In this document: positions 35,189-35,330 of the stretch, piece after piece
Numbering within the stretch: the first letter of the stretch is position 1
Layout of the letters: each line of letters starts with the position of its first letter
Virus record (IMG/VR): IMGVR_UViG_3300006803_002143
Span: 1-35,330 of that record
From: a virus
Taxonomy: Duplodnaviria; Caudoviricetes
DNA length: 35,330 bases
Direction: 5' to 3' (one strand)
The notes under the pieces: generated by a model
Databases searched by the model: none
What the model was told of the DNA's origin: nothing
The model's input: only the letters and a program-made list of their open reading frames with translations
Made by a program: the position numbers and the translations under genes

Positions 35189-35330
35189 ATGAAAAAAAAA
35201 ATAAAGATTAGTGATGCTTTTAGAGAGCAATATAGAATAGACCATATGTGTTGCCCAAAATGTGGTGCAGTAGGTCATATGTCAACATTAATGGGATATA
35301 CTTTGAATGTAAATGATTTAGAGTCTTATA
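35189..35330 (+). CDS. 3'-truncated hypothetical protein with CPKC zinc knuckle
   Basis: MKKKIKISDAFREQYRIDHMCCPKCG..., open to the window end. Confidence 0.5.
   Translation, partial: MKKKIKISDAFREQYRIDHMCCPKCGAVGHMSTLMGYTLNVNDLESY

Noticed and set aside
35125-35211. 28-aa ORF MDKAIIKHLK...
   Set aside because: May be real, or a frameshift at the poly-A run near 35192, but too short to support.
1-35330. Stop-codon reassignment
   Set aside because: Standard-code ORFs tile the window densely, and TAA, TAG and TGA all occur at plausible gene ends.
1-35330. tRNA, rRNA or CRISPR arrays
   Set aside because: None recognised by eye; intergenic gaps are short and AT-rich. tRNAscan-SE and Infernal were not run.

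Overview
AT-rich, gene-dense segment of a large (probably jumbo) tailed phage of a Bacteroidota host. Host evidence: four promoters match the Bacteroidetes TTG-N19/20-TAnnTTTG consensus, translation starts are A-rich without Shine-Dalgarno sites, and there is a Bacteroidetes-type Hc1 protein. In order, the window holds: (i) virion/tail genes (Ig plus tandem PL1-like lyase, a duplicated fragment of it, a sulfotransferase, paralogous baseplate-like proteins); (ii) a RuvC-like resolvase whose 3' end appears replaced by an invading GIY-YIG homing endonuclease, with the old end left downstream; (iii) a primase; (iv) an opposite-strand cassette of three proteins sharing an MKLxxLYxxxxxE leader, including an ADP-ribosyltransferase-like plus GNAT-like fusion; (v) a PD-(D/E)XK nuclease, a PanD homolog lacking its catalytic Ser, SbcD/SbcC and a sigma-70 factor; (vi) putative protease-processed internal head proteins and lysis-type genes; (vii) small accessory genes, including a stand-alone fragment resembling a gp23-type major capsid protein. 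Three promoter classes can be read from the intergenic DNA. I saw no tRNA, rRNA or CRISPR array. All family calls come from motif recognition by eye, not database searches.
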